64,000 nt of DNA from positions 12,219-76,218 of the forward strand of contig JAEOUH010000071.1 of assembly GCA_016839365.1 (NCBI GenBank), read 5' to 3'. Every line of letters starts with the position of its first letter. Position 1 is the stretch's first letter. Below the pieces are notes generated by a model. The model had not been told where the DNA came from and ran no database searches. It saw only the letters and a program-made list of their open reading frames with translations. Shown here piece by piece: positions 29,080 through 39,049 of this stretch. A program made the position numbers and the translations under genes. The DNA is from Candidatus Hermodarchaeota archaeon (GTDB taxonomy: Archaea > Asgardarchaeota > Hermodarchaeia > Hermodarchaeales > Hermodarchaeaceae).

Positions 29080-29281
29080 AAGAGAAGAAAATAACACAAA
29101 TCCACAACTAGATTCAACAATAGCGGATGAGTAGAACCGGAAATCGAGTGATAATAATCGATTCTTCGAAAAACGCATCAAAAATCTAGCTTCAAGAGAC
29201 CAACTAAAGCTTTCTTAAAGGCATTTTTTAATAAGCTACATGAGGAGCGATATCAGTTCCTGGAAGGGGTAGCGAAAAAGG

Positions 29282-30130
29282 ATGATCCATCATGTTTTCA
29301 TAATTGATGCACGAGACACCGTGGTCGTGCAGAAGAAGTTCTGGATCATCAATGTTGACAAAGAAGAAATACGACGATTCGCATTTCGAGTAAAAACGAA
29401 CCAGATGCTATTGATTGAAGAAATCGGGTCAATAAAATGTATAGGCCAACCCCTTGGCCGGGGTGTTGTCATCCTTTGCGCTGAGTTCGTTGATGAAGAT
29501 ACAACCTTGATGGAAAAAATCGAAAAAGTGGCTTTTGAGTTTCGCAGAGTGATCAGCTATGAAGAAGAATTCGATGCGTTCATGCGGAAACTCGACACCT
29601 ACGTGACGACTAAGCTAAAAATTAGCTTACTAGGTCACGGCGGTGTCGGCAAGACCACAATACTCCATCTCCTTAATGGTGGTAAGATGCCCCAAACGTA
29701 TATCCCGACAATAGGGGTTGATATCCAGAAAGTTGAGAGGACACGAATTGGCACTTATGAACTTTTATTGTGGGATTTTGCTGGGCAGGAAAGGTTCAGG
29801 AAGTTATGGAAGACATTGTTTTCTCGTTGTCGAATCGTGTTTTTAGTCACGGATTCCACTTTGGAGAATGTTTTACAGAGTAGGGATATTCTGGATTTTT
29901 TGAAAGAACATGATTCGCTGAATGCTGTTGTAATTATTGCAAACAAGCAAGATTTACCTGGAGCCCTTCAACCATCGATTGTCCAACGATTATTGGGCAT
30001 AAAGACATTCGGACTCATAGCAATCGATCCTAATGACCGCTTGAAAGCCCTGGATATCATCCAAAAAAGCCTCGAACGTGAAGTGGATTGGACAAAGATG
30101 GAAATCGATACTATCAATTTCCTCCCGTAA
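29282..30130 (+). CDS. Small Ras-superfamily GTPase fused to an N-terminal longin/roadblock-like domain
   Basis: G1 GHGGVGKT (from nt 29633), G2 PTIGV, G3 WDFAGQERF, G4 NKQD. Residues 1-108 have a beta-beta-alpha-beta-beta-beta-alpha pattern (HHVFIIDARDTVVVQKKF...GVVILCAEFVDEDTTLMEKIEKVAFEF). There is no C-terminal Cys lipidation motif. Confidence 0.8.
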   Translation: MIHHVFIIDARDTVVVQKKFWIINVDKEEIRRFAFRVKTNQMLLIEEIGSIKCIGQPLGRGVVILCAEFVDEDTTLMEKIEKVAFEFRRVISYEEEFDAFMRKLDTYVTTKLKISLLGHGGVGKTTILHLLNGGKMPQTYIPTIGVDIQKVERTRIGTYELLLWDFAGQERFRKLWKTLFSRCRIVFLVTDSTLENVLQSRDILDFLKEHDSLNAVVIIANKQDLPGALQPSIVQRLLGIKTFGLIAIDPNDRLKALDIIQKSLEREVDWTKMEIDTINFLP

Positions 30131-30188
30131 GCACAACGAACGGCGCTATACCTGAATCATTTGTAAAGCCAACGAATTTAATTAGACA

Positions 30189-31088
30189 ATGCATTCTCAA
30201 AATGTATTAGTGAATTACATGGCAAGCCAAACCGATGCACCCACTAGCCAAAAGCCTGACAAGTTCCTTGTGAGTAAGGTTCACACCTCAGAGAATCTTC
30301 GAACGGATATCGAAAAAGCCGTAGAGCTCATTGGCGGGTTTGACCCCCTAATCCAGCCTGGCGATTTGGTGACCATAAAACCCAACCTGAATACCGCTGA
30401 CCCCTATCCCGCCTCGAGTGATGTGGATTTCATTCAAGCATTAGGTGAAGCCTTGTTAGCTGCAGGGGCTGGAAAGCTCCAAATCATGGATGCATCTACC
30501 CAACGCGTTTGCACCCGGGATGTCGGTGAAGCCATTGGCATCTGCGACGTGGCATTGGATTTGGATGCCGATTTCATTTCCCTTGATGAGCACCCCTGGA
30601 TCAAACAAACATTACCTAAAGGGAAGTACCTGAAGAGTGGGCATATCGGTGAACCAGCCCTGAATCTTGGTAAATTGGTCATTGCTCCGTGTTTGAAGAC
30701 CCACTTTATCGCAAAATTTACAGCTAGTATGAAGGTGATGATGGGGTTGCTGAAACGCCAAGACCGTCTTAAAATGCACATCCGACACCTCGAATATAAA
30801 ATCGCCGACCTTGCCTCCTATTTTCATCCAATACTCGTAATAATGGATGCCCGTAAGATCTTCGTGACAAAGGGTCCTGCTTCCGGAGACCTTGAAACCC
30901 CCAATCTAATTTTAGCAAGTCACGACATGGTGGCTATTGATGTTGAGGGTGTGCGACTTCTTCAAAGCTATAACGCGAGTAACAAACTCAATGTACCGGT
31001 TTGGGAGCTAGGACAAATCGCCCGAGCCAAGGAAATCGGGTTCGGAGCTACAAGTGATGATGAGATTCAAGTCATCGAGGGGCCTTAG
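30189..31088 (+). CDS. DUF362 domain protein
   Basis: LVTIKPNLNTADPYPASSD, LKTHFIAKFTASMKVMMG and HDMVAIDVEG resemble the DUF362 family. An alternative start is 30219. Confidence 0.6.
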   Translation: MHSQNVLVNYMASQTDAPTSQKPDKFLVSKVHTSENLRTDIEKAVELIGGFDPLIQPGDLVTIKPNLNTADPYPASSDVDFIQALGEALLAAGAGKLQIMDASTQRVCTRDVGEAIGICDVALDLDADFISLDEHPWIKQTLPKGKYLKSGHIGEPALNLGKLVIAPCLKTHFIAKFTASMKVMMGLLKRQDRLKMHIRHLEYKIADLASYFHPILVIMDARKIFVTKGPASGDLETPNLILASHDMVAIDVEGVRLLQSYNASNKLNVPVWELGQIARAKEIGFGATSDDEIQVIEGP

Positions 31089-31132
31089 GAATCTGCAAGA
31101 ATCTAAACAAGATTTACTATGCGTTGAGAATT

Positions 31133-31603
31133 CTATCTGGACACTTTGATGATGTCATCGTAGTGCCCGTCGCGGATTTTGTTGAGGACTACGAAGGAGC
31201 GGGTCTTTTCGATGAAGCCTTGATCACGGATTTGTTCGATGATTTCTTCAAAGCAAGGAATATCACGGCAGACAATTTTGATAATGAGGTCAAACTCACC
31301 AGTCACCGTGTAGATTTCGACGATGTTATCAATGTCCTGAAGCGCTTTGGCTACTTTGGGTCCTGGCATTCGTCCGGCGTTAACACCCATGAGGACTATT
31401 ATGGGATTGTCAGCTTTTTCATAATCGATATCCACGGTGAAGCGTTTGATAACGCCAGTTTTGGTGAGTCGATCGATGCGGCGACGCACGGCCGATTCAT
31501 TCAGCCCAAGGGTTCGAGCTAGTCCAGCAACAGGTTGCCGGGCATCACGCACAAGGTGTCGAAGAATCCGCCGATCGGTTTCATCAATGAGTGATTGGGT
31601 CAT
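31133..31603 (-). CDS. Lrp/AsnC-family transcriptional regulator
   Basis: HTH (DETDRRILRHLVRDARQPVAGLARTLGLNESAVRRRIDRL) plus a RAM/ACT-like C-terminal domain. Divergent from ilvE. Confidence 0.9.
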   Translation of the reverse strand: MTQSLIDETDRRILRHLVRDARQPVAGLARTLGLNESAVRRRIDRLTKTGVIKRFTVDIDYEKADNPIIVLMGVNAGRMPGPKVAKALQDIDNIVEIYTVTGEFDLIIKIVCRDIPCFEEIIEQIRDQGFIEKTRSFVVLNKIRDGHYDDIIKVSR

Positions 31604-31755
31604 TTTGTCACATCCGCAACATTTTAAGGAGGACTTGAGGGGGCTCGAAAATCAAGGTTTTGGGAGCCATTTCTAGCCTGTTTCAGTCATACCCTTAAAG
31701 GATATTGGTGGTTTATGCATTTTCATTCAAATTTCTTGGCAGATTCTAACGTTCC

Positions 31756-31767
31756 CTTATATTATAT
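31756..31767 (+). promoter_or_regulatory. TATA-like box for ilvE (leaderless-type spacing)
   Basis: CTTATATTATAT ends 13 nt before the ilvE ATG (31780), and no SD is visible. This fits an archaeal leaderless mRNA. Confidence 0.35.
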
Positions 31768-31779
31768 CGGTGGATTTCA

Positions 31780-32667
31780 ATGGCAAAGGATCCAGTTTTC
31801 TACATTGATGGAGAATTTGTGCTGAGTCAAGAAGCTAAGATTTCAGTATTTGACCATGGCCTCCTGTACGGTGACGGTATCTTTGAAGGCATCCGCATCT
31901 ATTCGGGTGTGGTCTTCAAGTTGGATGCCCATTTGGATCGGTTGTATCGGAGTGCTCGGGCGATGTGGTTGACAATTCCCCTGGAGAAAGCAGAAATGAA
32001 GGCGGCAGTGTTGGAGACGCTCCGGCGTAACGGGTATCAGGACTCGTATATCCGGTTGCTGGTGACCCGGGGGAAGGGCGATTTGGGGGTAAATCCGAAG
32101 AAATGTCCAAAGGCGTCAGTGGTGATTATTAACGTCCAGGTGGAGCCCATGCACGGACATGGCAAAGCCGATGGGATAACCACAATCATTTCAAGCATCC
32201 GGCGACAAGCCCCGGATTCGACGAGCCACGAAATCAAATCCCTCAACTACCTGAATAGTGTCTTAGCTACGATTGAGGCGAATCGACAGGGCGTAGACGA
32301 TGCAATCATCTTGGATCAACGAGGCTTCGTCGCAGAAGCGACAGGTACTACGCTCGTGGCGGTCTGGGATGGTGCGTTGTATGCACCTCCGCTGACAGCC
32401 AGCATCTTGGATAGCATTACCCGACGATTCGTCCTCGAAATGGCGGAAGATCTCGGTTATCCAGTTCATGAAAGAGATATGACACCATTCCAGCTGTTGA
32501 TGGCTGAAGAGGTGTTTCTCTGTGGGACTATGGGTGAGATAACACCAGTACGTAGCATCAACGACCAAGAAATCGGTTCTAAAACACCTGGTCCTATCAC
32601 TGAACAATTAATTGCTGAGTATCAGAATCGTCGAAAAGACCCTAAGAATGGCACACCGATTAGCTAG
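31780..32667 (+). CDS. ilvE: Branched-chain amino acid aminotransferase (PLP fold type IV)
   Basis: GLLYGDGIFEGIR, the catalytic Lys context SHEIKSLNYLNSVLA, and EVFLCGTMGEITPV. Confidence 0.9.
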   Translation: MAKDPVFYIDGEFVLSQEAKISVFDHGLLYGDGIFEGIRIYSGVVFKLDAHLDRLYRSARAMWLTIPLEKAEMKAAVLETLRRNGYQDSYIRLLVTRGKGDLGVNPKKCPKASVVIINVQVEPMHGHGKADGITTIISSIRRQAPDSTSHEIKSLNYLNSVLATIEANRQGVDDAIILDQRGFVAEATGTTLVAVWDGALYAPPLTASILDSITRRFVLEMAEDLGYPVHERDMTPFQLLMAEEVFLCGTMGEITPVRSINDQEIGSKTPGPITEQLIAEYQNRRKDPKNGTPIS

Positions 32668-32707
32668 GTCACTTCCTTGGACTTTCTTGCGGTCACCTCC
32701 AAGCGGA

Positions 32708-34159
32708 CTAAATAGGGATAATAGTCCCCTTTAGCGTTGAAGAGACAGGGCTATGCTTGCTGAAATATTGTTTGAGGGCATCAATTGCTGTGACCTTGAG
32801 ATCTCTCCGGTTAGTGCCATAATGGGCGGGGATACCTTGGATAGTGAGGAAACAGGCACGGTACATCTTTGCGGGATTCAGGGGATGTCCCTCGATGAAG
32901 AAATCGAGGATACGCTTACGGTAGGGGTTCTCGATTTTAAAATAGATGTTCAGACCTAAGCAGCGTTTGACATAGCCCCCTTGCTGTCGGTAGGGATCAC
33001 GGGAAAAGGTGTTTTCTAGATTATCTTCCATCATCTGCCACAGCTGTTCCCCCTTAATATCACAGATTGAGATGGGGGGATTGTGAGGGATGATATTATA
33101 GAGATCATCCATGGTCACGTCCCCTGGAGGGATTGGGGCTCCAAAGCGATAGCCATTCGAGAAGGCGAGTTCGGCTCCGCTTGCATCGAAACAGGCTTGG
33201 AGTAGAAGATTATCCATAGTGGATTCAAGAGAACGCCAACGGCTGAGAGTGCTGCGGGTTTGTCCGACAACAGTGTTGAGCATTGATTGTTCCGAGGTGG
33301 AAAGGATACGAGAGACCATGTCTTCGACGGCGGGGTTGGGTGGTGTGACCTCTTCGATGGTATGGAGTTTGTGCTGGAAGGTTTTGACCCGGTTGTTGAC
33401 GATTTTTAAATCGAGCTTCCCAAGAAAAGATGCATGGCTCCCGGATTGAATAATAACGGCACGGTTTACCACAACGGGTTGGTAGAGGCGATTATGAGTA
33501 TGTCCACTGAGGAGTATATCGATACCATCGATTTCAGAGGCGAGTTTGAGGTCGTGGGGATACCCTAGATGCGATAAGACGAGAACTAGGTCGACACGTT
33601 CTTTTTCACGGAGATGAGTTATATAGTCGGGGAGTTCTTCGTTGCCGAGGGTGAAATAGACACCTTCACTGAAGGAGGGGGGCATGGTTTTGTCAATGTG
33701 GTTCGCGCAAATTCCCACAACCCCGATATGAAGCCCATTGCGCTCAATGATAGTGCCTGGGGAAAAGATGAGGGTCTTGGTGTCTTTCGAGTAACAATTG
33801 ATAGCCAGCATTGGATAATTGAGTTTATGCGTAATGGCTTGGAATTCAGCGGGTCCGTAGGCAAATTCCCAGTGTGCGGTCATGGCATCGATGGCTAAGG
33901 CGTTGAGGATAGGGATCATCGCGTTGCCATTATCTTTCATCGCGGTGTAGGTGCCATGGATAGTATCCCCGTTGTCAAAGGTGAGGACCTGGTTGGGATG
34001 GTCTACTTCGAATTGACCAAGGAGGGTCGCTAGACGAGCAAAGCCGCCAACTTTCTTCGTGGTGGGGCGGCCGCTTTTCCAAAGAACTTCATGGTGCGGG
34101 TTGAGATATCCGTGGGAGTCGTTTAGCTGGAGAATAGTGAGATGACGTTCTTGACTCAT
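32708..34159 (-). CDS. Bifunctional metallophosphatase/5'-nucleotidase family protein (no signal peptide)
   Basis: Calcineurin-like motifs LNDSHG, GDTIHG, LSHLG and SGHTHN, followed by a 5'-nucleotidase C-terminal-like domain. Confidence 0.8.
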   Translation of the reverse strand: MSQERHLTILQLNDSHGYLNPHHEVLWKSGRPTTKKVGGFARLATLLGQFEVDHPNQVLTFDNGDTIHGTYTAMKDNGNAMIPILNALAIDAMTAHWEFAYGPAEFQAITHKLNYPMLAINCYSKDTKTLIFSPGTIIERNGLHIGVVGICANHIDKTMPPSFSEGVYFTLGNEELPDYITHLREKERVDLVLVLSHLGYPHDLKLASEIDGIDILLSGHTHNRLYQPVVVNRAVIIQSGSHASFLGKLDLKIVNNRVKTFQHKLHTIEEVTPPNPAVEDMVSRILSTSEQSMLNTVVGQTRSTLSRWRSLESTMDNLLLQACFDASGAELAFSNGYRFGAPIPPGDVTMDDLYNIIPHNPPISICDIKGEQLWQMMEDNLENTFSRDPYRQQGGYVKRCLGLNIYFKIENPYRKRILDFFIEGHPLNPAKMYRACFLTIQGIPAHYGTNRRDLKVTAIDALKQYFSKHSPVSSTLKGTIIPI

Positions 34160-34272
34160 TCAGGATAGTTCCTCCCGGTTCACCAAAGGGCTCAAATGCG
34201 AACGAATCTATTCTCATGATGGCACTTGAGGATTCCGATTCTGCAGAGAAGGATATCTGTTTGATACAAAGT

Positions 34273-34539
34273 TTAGACCGAAGGGGTGCCTTTGGTTTGA
34301 TTGGTTTTCGAACGTGGGAATGGACAGGATTGCATCATCGCTTGAACTCCCTTGACAGATTCTTTGATAAGGAAATTCCAGGTTAAAGGACCAAGATCGA
34401 GGAGGGCATTGAGAAAATTATCCCAGGTTTGTTCACCCAACCCAAGACTTTTCTCATAGGCGCTTTTCATTGCTACAAACTTAGCTTTGGTTCCACAGAG
34501 CATACCGATTGCTGTCCATTTGTCCTTTGATTTTGACAT
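34273..34539 (-). CDS. Hypothetical small protein (88 aa)
   Basis: ATG 34539 is preceded by GGAGG with a 7-nt spacer (ORF track start 34575). No recognisable motif. Confidence 0.4.
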   Translation of the reverse strand: MSKSKDKWTAIGMLCGTKAKFVAMKSAYEKSLGLGEQTWDNFLNALLDLGPLTWNFLIKESVKGVQAMMQSCPFPRSKTNQTKGTPSV

Positions 34540-34719
34540 TAGATAGCCTCCGAGATTGAGAGCACTTCCTGACAATATCAGTTTTCATTTTTGAACCTGT
34601 CGGCTCAAAGGTAGACAGAAAGTTTGGTAATTTTTTATTCTCTGTATTCGATTTTCTGGTAGCAATAAATAATTAATGGATTCAGGTTAATGGTGGTGTG
34701 GAGTTAAGGTGTTCAGTCG

Positions 34720-35265
34720 ATGCGAATTAAAGCTCTTGTTGAGGGACTTGAGGAGTTAGCCGTAGAACTTGGGGTTGAGGGATGGTCTGAGTTTCGAACC
34801 CCTGATCGCACACGCATTGATTATGCAATTACTAGAGGATCCCAACGGCTACTTGCAGTGGAGTTTGAACAGTCACGAAAGTGGCTGTTTGCGCGAGTGC
34901 TTTATAATGCGATAAAAGCACAGCGTGCAGAATTTCCAGCTATTCTGTTTGTTTATCCTTTCTATGATCTCCCTCGAGCAGGTCGTTCATGGGTTCCAAA
35001 TTATGTGGAAGATACCTTAGGGCTCCGATTAGCTTTATGTCATCCTCGCGATTGCCTTGTGAGTACTCGTACACTTATCTGTGAACAGTTGGATTTTCCA
35101 GTTCCAACCGAAATTATTGAGAGGGATTATGTCATATCTTCGAATACGATGCCAGGATCACTGAAAGTAGGTGCAGAGGCTTGGAAGACTTTGAAATCTC
35201 GTTCAGCCTTTAAGAAACCTCAAAAACAACGAGTATCGAAAACATCAACAAGAAGAAAAAAATAG
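34720..35265 (+). CDS. Hypothetical protein with possible PD-(D/E)xK-like core and basic tail
   Basis: AAGGTG lies 8 nt upstream. RIDYAITRGSQRLLAVEFEQSRK resembles the D...ExK strand pair of restriction-endonuclease-fold proteins, but with E/Q at the K position. The C-terminal tail is KKPQKQRVSKTSTRRKK. Confidence 0.45.
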   Translation: MRIKALVEGLEELAVELGVEGWSEFRTPDRTRIDYAITRGSQRLLAVEFEQSRKWLFARVLYNAIKAQRAEFPAILFVYPFYDLPRAGRSWVPNYVEDTLGLRLALCHPRDCLVSTRTLICEQLDFPVPTEIIERDYVISSNTMPGSLKVGAEAWKTLKSRSAFKKPQKQRVSKTSTRRKK

Positions 35266-35352
35266 GCCATCGAATGAAATTTGATAATTGGGGCATGAAG
35301 CTTATAATCTCATAATATACAGTTTTGATAATGTCTGAGTAGGGGAATAGAA

Positions 35353-36348
35353 ATGAGCGAGACAATTGATCAGGTTATATCCGATAGACTTGAAGTTCTC
35401 TCACGCACGACATTCCCTATTAACTACGTTTTCTCTAAGACCTTTGAATTTGCAGTTAAACATCGAGATTGTGCTTTGACAATTGTAACAAAGTCAGGCG
35501 CACAAGTGAACTTCACTATACCTGTCAAAGTGCATCCAAAGTTATTGGATCGGGAAGGAGCATTTACTTACCGAAGACGTTTGTATTATGTTAAAGAACT
35601 GAAAATCCTTGATAGCTTTTTGGTTCTCACCCAAGACCAACTTGATCTACCCGAAAAACAAGAACCAAAAGAAAACGTTGGACTCTTTGTAAAAGCTGTA
35701 ACACCCTATGTTGAAGCTGTGAATGAAGTCATTCGGCGACGATTCGGAACGATAGTGATCCGTATTTCCACTCGAGATAAGCCGATGGTCTTACATCGCC
35801 AATCGATGAAAGGAAAACAAATTCTTACTGCAAATGAACTTTTCTCAGAGACTGAAATTCTGTCAGAGCTCAGACTTGCGATTAAGGAGACTCTTTTCAG
35901 AAGTAAACCAGGTCCGAAAATCCAAGAAAAAGGGCAGGAAAAAACTCAAGAAACCACAGTGCAGGCTTCTTTTTTGACATTGGAGGATGGGCGAGTGATC
36001 CTTCATTCTCCCGGTAGTGTTCAAGCACAGGAATTTATTGAGCTGGGGAAGGTTCCTTACCGCTTTGATAGTAAGGAGGGTCCGATCACAGCTCGGGCGA
36101 TTATTACTAGTTTTCTTCAATTTAAAGATCAGTCCATTGCTCAATTGCTTGAAGAGTATAGCGATTTGGCATTTCTTCCCTTTTTCTTCGATCTTTATTT
36201 GGAACAGGGTGGACCTCCAATTCGGAATATTGCTCTCTTTGATGGAAAACTGATAATTGGTCGAACTCCAGGATCAAATATTAATGAAGGAGCGTTTGAG
36301 ATATTTTTGGCAAAATCTGGAATCGACAAACGTCTTTTGAAAAAATGA
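35353..36348 (+). CDS. Hypothetical protein (331 aa), no recognisable domain
   Basis: Long ORF with normal composition and a central Lys/Glu/Gln-rich linker (KPGPKIQEKGQEKTQETT) separating two halves. Confidence 0.5.
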   Translation: MSETIDQVISDRLEVLSRTTFPINYVFSKTFEFAVKHRDCALTIVTKSGAQVNFTIPVKVHPKLLDREGAFTYRRRLYYVKELKILDSFLVLTQDQLDLPEKQEPKENVGLFVKAVTPYVEAVNEVIRRRFGTIVIRISTRDKPMVLHRQSMKGKQILTANELFSETEILSELRLAIKETLFRSKPGPKIQEKGQEKTQETTVQASFLTLEDGRVILHSPGSVQAQEFIELGKVPYRFDSKEGPITARAIITSFLQFKDQSIAQLLEEYSDLAFLPFFFDLYLEQGGPPIRNIALFDGKLIIGRTPGSNINEGAFEIFLAKSGIDKRLLKK

Positions 36349-36378
36349 ATAGTGATTGGCTGACTAAGTGGAATGAAG

Positions 36379-36984
36379 TTATAGATTCTTCTTGATTGCA
36401 TCGACACCAAGATTAAATGCGGTGAGATTGACATCCTTAAGTCGTCGTATTTTCGCGATTTCTTGTTCTAGAACAATGACATCTACAGGAGTGATGTGAG
36501 CCCCAGCTAGTGCCCCGACCATAACGGTATTCATGACTAAGGGATCTCCAGCTTGTTGGGCTAGATCTACCGCATCCAGAGTGTATATCTTAGAGCACAG
36601 TGTTCGAAGTCGTTTTTCAACTTCATTGATTGAAGGATATTCAAGTTGACCTGTGAGCACTTCAATAGGATATACAGGGTGCATGTTTACAATTGCTGTA
36701 CTAGAAGGATTCAGGAATTTAGCGCCTACACGGAGTGCTTCAATAGGCTCAAAACCGAGTAGCAGATGGGCTGAGTGCTGTGGGATAAGGGGACCAACAT
36801 CGTGTTTGCTTATCCGAATATGCGACATCACTGACCCCCCGCGTTGAGCAGCTCCGTAAGTTTCTCCGATTGCGACGAAATAGCCTTTAGCTATTGCCGC
36901 ATCAGCGACTAAGCGTGAGGAGAGAACGTTTCCTTGACCACCTACACCCGCAATCACGATGTTGAAAGGGTCGTCGTATTTCAT
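36379..36984 (-). CDS. iorB: Indolepyruvate:ferredoxin oxidoreductase beta subunit
   Basis: FNIVIAGVGGQGNVLSS is the N-terminus of the pyruvate/ketoisovalerate oxidoreductase gamma-type domain. ATG 36984 is preceded by GGAGTGA, 6 nt after the iorA stop. Confidence 0.85.
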   Translation of the reverse strand: MKYDDPFNIVIAGVGGQGNVLSSRLVADAAIAKGYFVAIGETYGAAQRGGSVMSHIRISKHDVGPLIPQHSAHLLLGFEPIEALRVGAKFLNPSSTAIVNMHPVYPIEVLTGQLEYPSINEVEKRLRTLCSKIYTLDAVDLAQQAGDPLVMNTVMVGALAGAHITPVDVIVLEQEIAKIRRLKDVNLTAFNLGVDAIKKNL

Positions 36985-36989
36985 ACTTC

Positions 36990-38900
36990 TCACTCCTCTA
37001 AAAGATGGATCGCTTGATGGGGACACACATCCACACATACGCCACATCCATTACACAATGTGGTCTCGATTAGAGCTTTGTCGGATTCATTGTCCCAGAC
37101 ACATGCTGGACAATTGAATTCGACAGAACAAATCTTACATTTATCTCCGAAACATTTGTCAGCCTCAACCATAAACATAGGGATGGATTCTTGTCGTTGC
37201 CTCCTCTGGCGATTGGTTATCAATGCACATTCTCGTCGAAAGACGATAGCTTGGCTTTTATCGGAGTTTAAGGCTTTATAGACAGTATCAATTGATTCCT
37301 TGAGATTAAAGGGATCGACCACTGTAACCGACTGAAAGCCAATACCTTGAAGGACTCGTTCAATCGGAACTGTTGAGGTCACATCTCCTGTGGCACTCAA
37401 TCCTGTTCCAGGATGAGGTTGAAATCCTGTCATTGCGGTTGCGTTGTTATCCAATACACAGACGATAGCCTTTGATTGATTGTAAACAATATTCACCAAA
37501 GCAGGAAGGCAAGCATGGTAGAATGTTGAATCACCAACTACTGCAATAATTGGGTCCTTGAGGCCAAATTGGTCTAGCTTCCCTAGCCCACTTGCAATCC
37601 CAACTCCAGCACCCATTGAATGTTGGTTCTGCATCACACCATGATAAAACACACCCAGCGAGTAGCACCCAATATCTCCGGTGACAATCCCTTTGCCTTT
37701 ATTTCGTTTGATGGCTCGGTAAATGCTATAATAGGTTGGTCTATGGGGACAACCGGTGCAGAAGGTGAGAAGGCGCCGTGGAACAATATTGGGAGCATCC
37801 TTTGCCATATTGACATATTCTTTCTGAGCAGCGGAGTAACTGAGAGCTTTGAGAGCGGCAATCGACTTAAGCGCTTGGTTGATATCAACTTCCCCAAAGA
37901 CTGGAACATGTCCTGTTAATTTTCCAAAGAATTGTGGAGTAGAATTGGATGACAGTTCCGTGGCAAGGCTTCGAATTTGTGTTTCTAGATAAGGATCGAC
38001 TTCTTCAAAGAAGAGTACTTCAGAGGTTTTCTTCAATCGATCAAGAATCATTGCCTTGGGTAATGGTGAAAGAGTAGCAATCCGAAGAATGCCAACATCT
38101 TTCAATTGGAGAAGATCAACCGCCTCTCGAACGTATTTCCAAGCTATACCCGATGTGATAATTAGCAAAGAGGGTTTAGGAGGTCCATCATATAGATTCA
38201 ATGTAGATTTTTCAAATTCCTCAACGCGAATTTTATCCAGCCGCGTATGCAAATCACCATGCCGCAAATGGGGACGAGGAAGATTGTGTAAAGGGAGATT
38301 ATAATCGAAAGTGGCAGTTCTTTTAGTTTTAGAAACTTTACCAAGTTTGAAAGGAGCACGACTGTGAGCTAATCGTGTTGTTTCTCGCACCATGACGATT
38401 ACGCCATGCTTTTCCGATAACTCAAAGGCGTATGGAATGATATCCTTTGCTTCTTGATGAGTAGAGGGTTCGAGTACAACAATATCTGAATAAAATCCAA
38501 GAGGCCGTGCATCGCCCTCAGTTGTTGAACTGTGAGCAAACGGATCATCAGCGACAACCAGAACCAATCCACCAGGCCCATGACCAGTATAGGCGATATT
38601 AATGAGCGAATCGAGGATAACAAAAAACCCATTAAGTTTCATGGAAGCCATGGCACGTAGACCAGTCCAAGCTGCAGCGGTTGCAGCTTCAAAAGCGACC
38701 TTTTCATTGACACTCCATTCAACATAGATTCCAGCATCCTTAGAAATTGTAGCCAAATTTTCTAAAATCTCTGAAGATGGTGTGCCAGGATATGCTGCAG
38801 CGAAATGGACACCTGCCTCGAAGGCTCCACGGGCAATCGCATCATTGCCCAGGCCAATAACTATGTCACCGGTTTTCCCGGTCATTGGTGAATTACTCAT
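36990..38900 (-). CDS. iorA: Indolepyruvate:ferredoxin oxidoreductase alpha subunit
   Basis: TPP-binding GDIGCY...GDSTFYH, and two C-terminal 4Fe-4S motifs (CDKCKICSVEFNCPA, CNGCGVCVDVCP). 636 aa. Confidence 0.92.
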   Translation of the reverse strand: MSNSPMTGKTGDIVIGLGNDAIARGAFEAGVHFAAAYPGTPSSEILENLATISKDAGIYVEWSVNEKVAFEAATAAAWTGLRAMASMKLNGFFVILDSLINIAYTGHGPGGLVLVVADDPFAHSSTTEGDARPLGFYSDIVVLEPSTHQEAKDIIPYAFELSEKHGVIVMVRETTRLAHSRAPFKLGKVSKTKRTATFDYNLPLHNLPRPHLRHGDLHTRLDKIRVEEFEKSTLNLYDGPPKPSLLIITSGIAWKYVREAVDLLQLKDVGILRIATLSPLPKAMILDRLKKTSEVLFFEEVDPYLETQIRSLATELSSNSTPQFFGKLTGHVPVFGEVDINQALKSIAALKALSYSAAQKEYVNMAKDAPNIVPRRLLTFCTGCPHRPTYYSIYRAIKRNKGKGIVTGDIGCYSLGVFYHGVMQNQHSMGAGVGIASGLGKLDQFGLKDPIIAVVGDSTFYHACLPALVNIVYNQSKAIVCVLDNNATAMTGFQPHPGTGLSATGDVTSTVPIERVLQGIGFQSVTVVDPFNLKESIDTVYKALNSDKSQAIVFRRECALITNRQRRQRQESIPMFMVEADKCFGDKCKICSVEFNCPACVWDNESDKALIETTLCNGCGVCVDVCPHQAIHLLEE

Positions 38901-39049
38901 TGCTTTCTACACTCTCGTAATGAGCATAAGTATAATGGAGTGACTAAGTGAGAGACCTGAGAAAATAAAACCTTTTAGCCACAACCAACATCCAAAGAAA
39001 AAATCAAAACGGTCATCTTTTTCATCAACTTCAGAGTGGAGGATTATAA

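Noticed and set aside
34576-36348. A possible low-GC horizontally acquired islet around the orphan trio.
   Set aside because: Hand counts of single 60-nt lines gave 37% and 47% GC inside the region, against 48% for a line in the reductase operon. That is too noisy to support a compositional shift and needs a proper sliding-window calculation.
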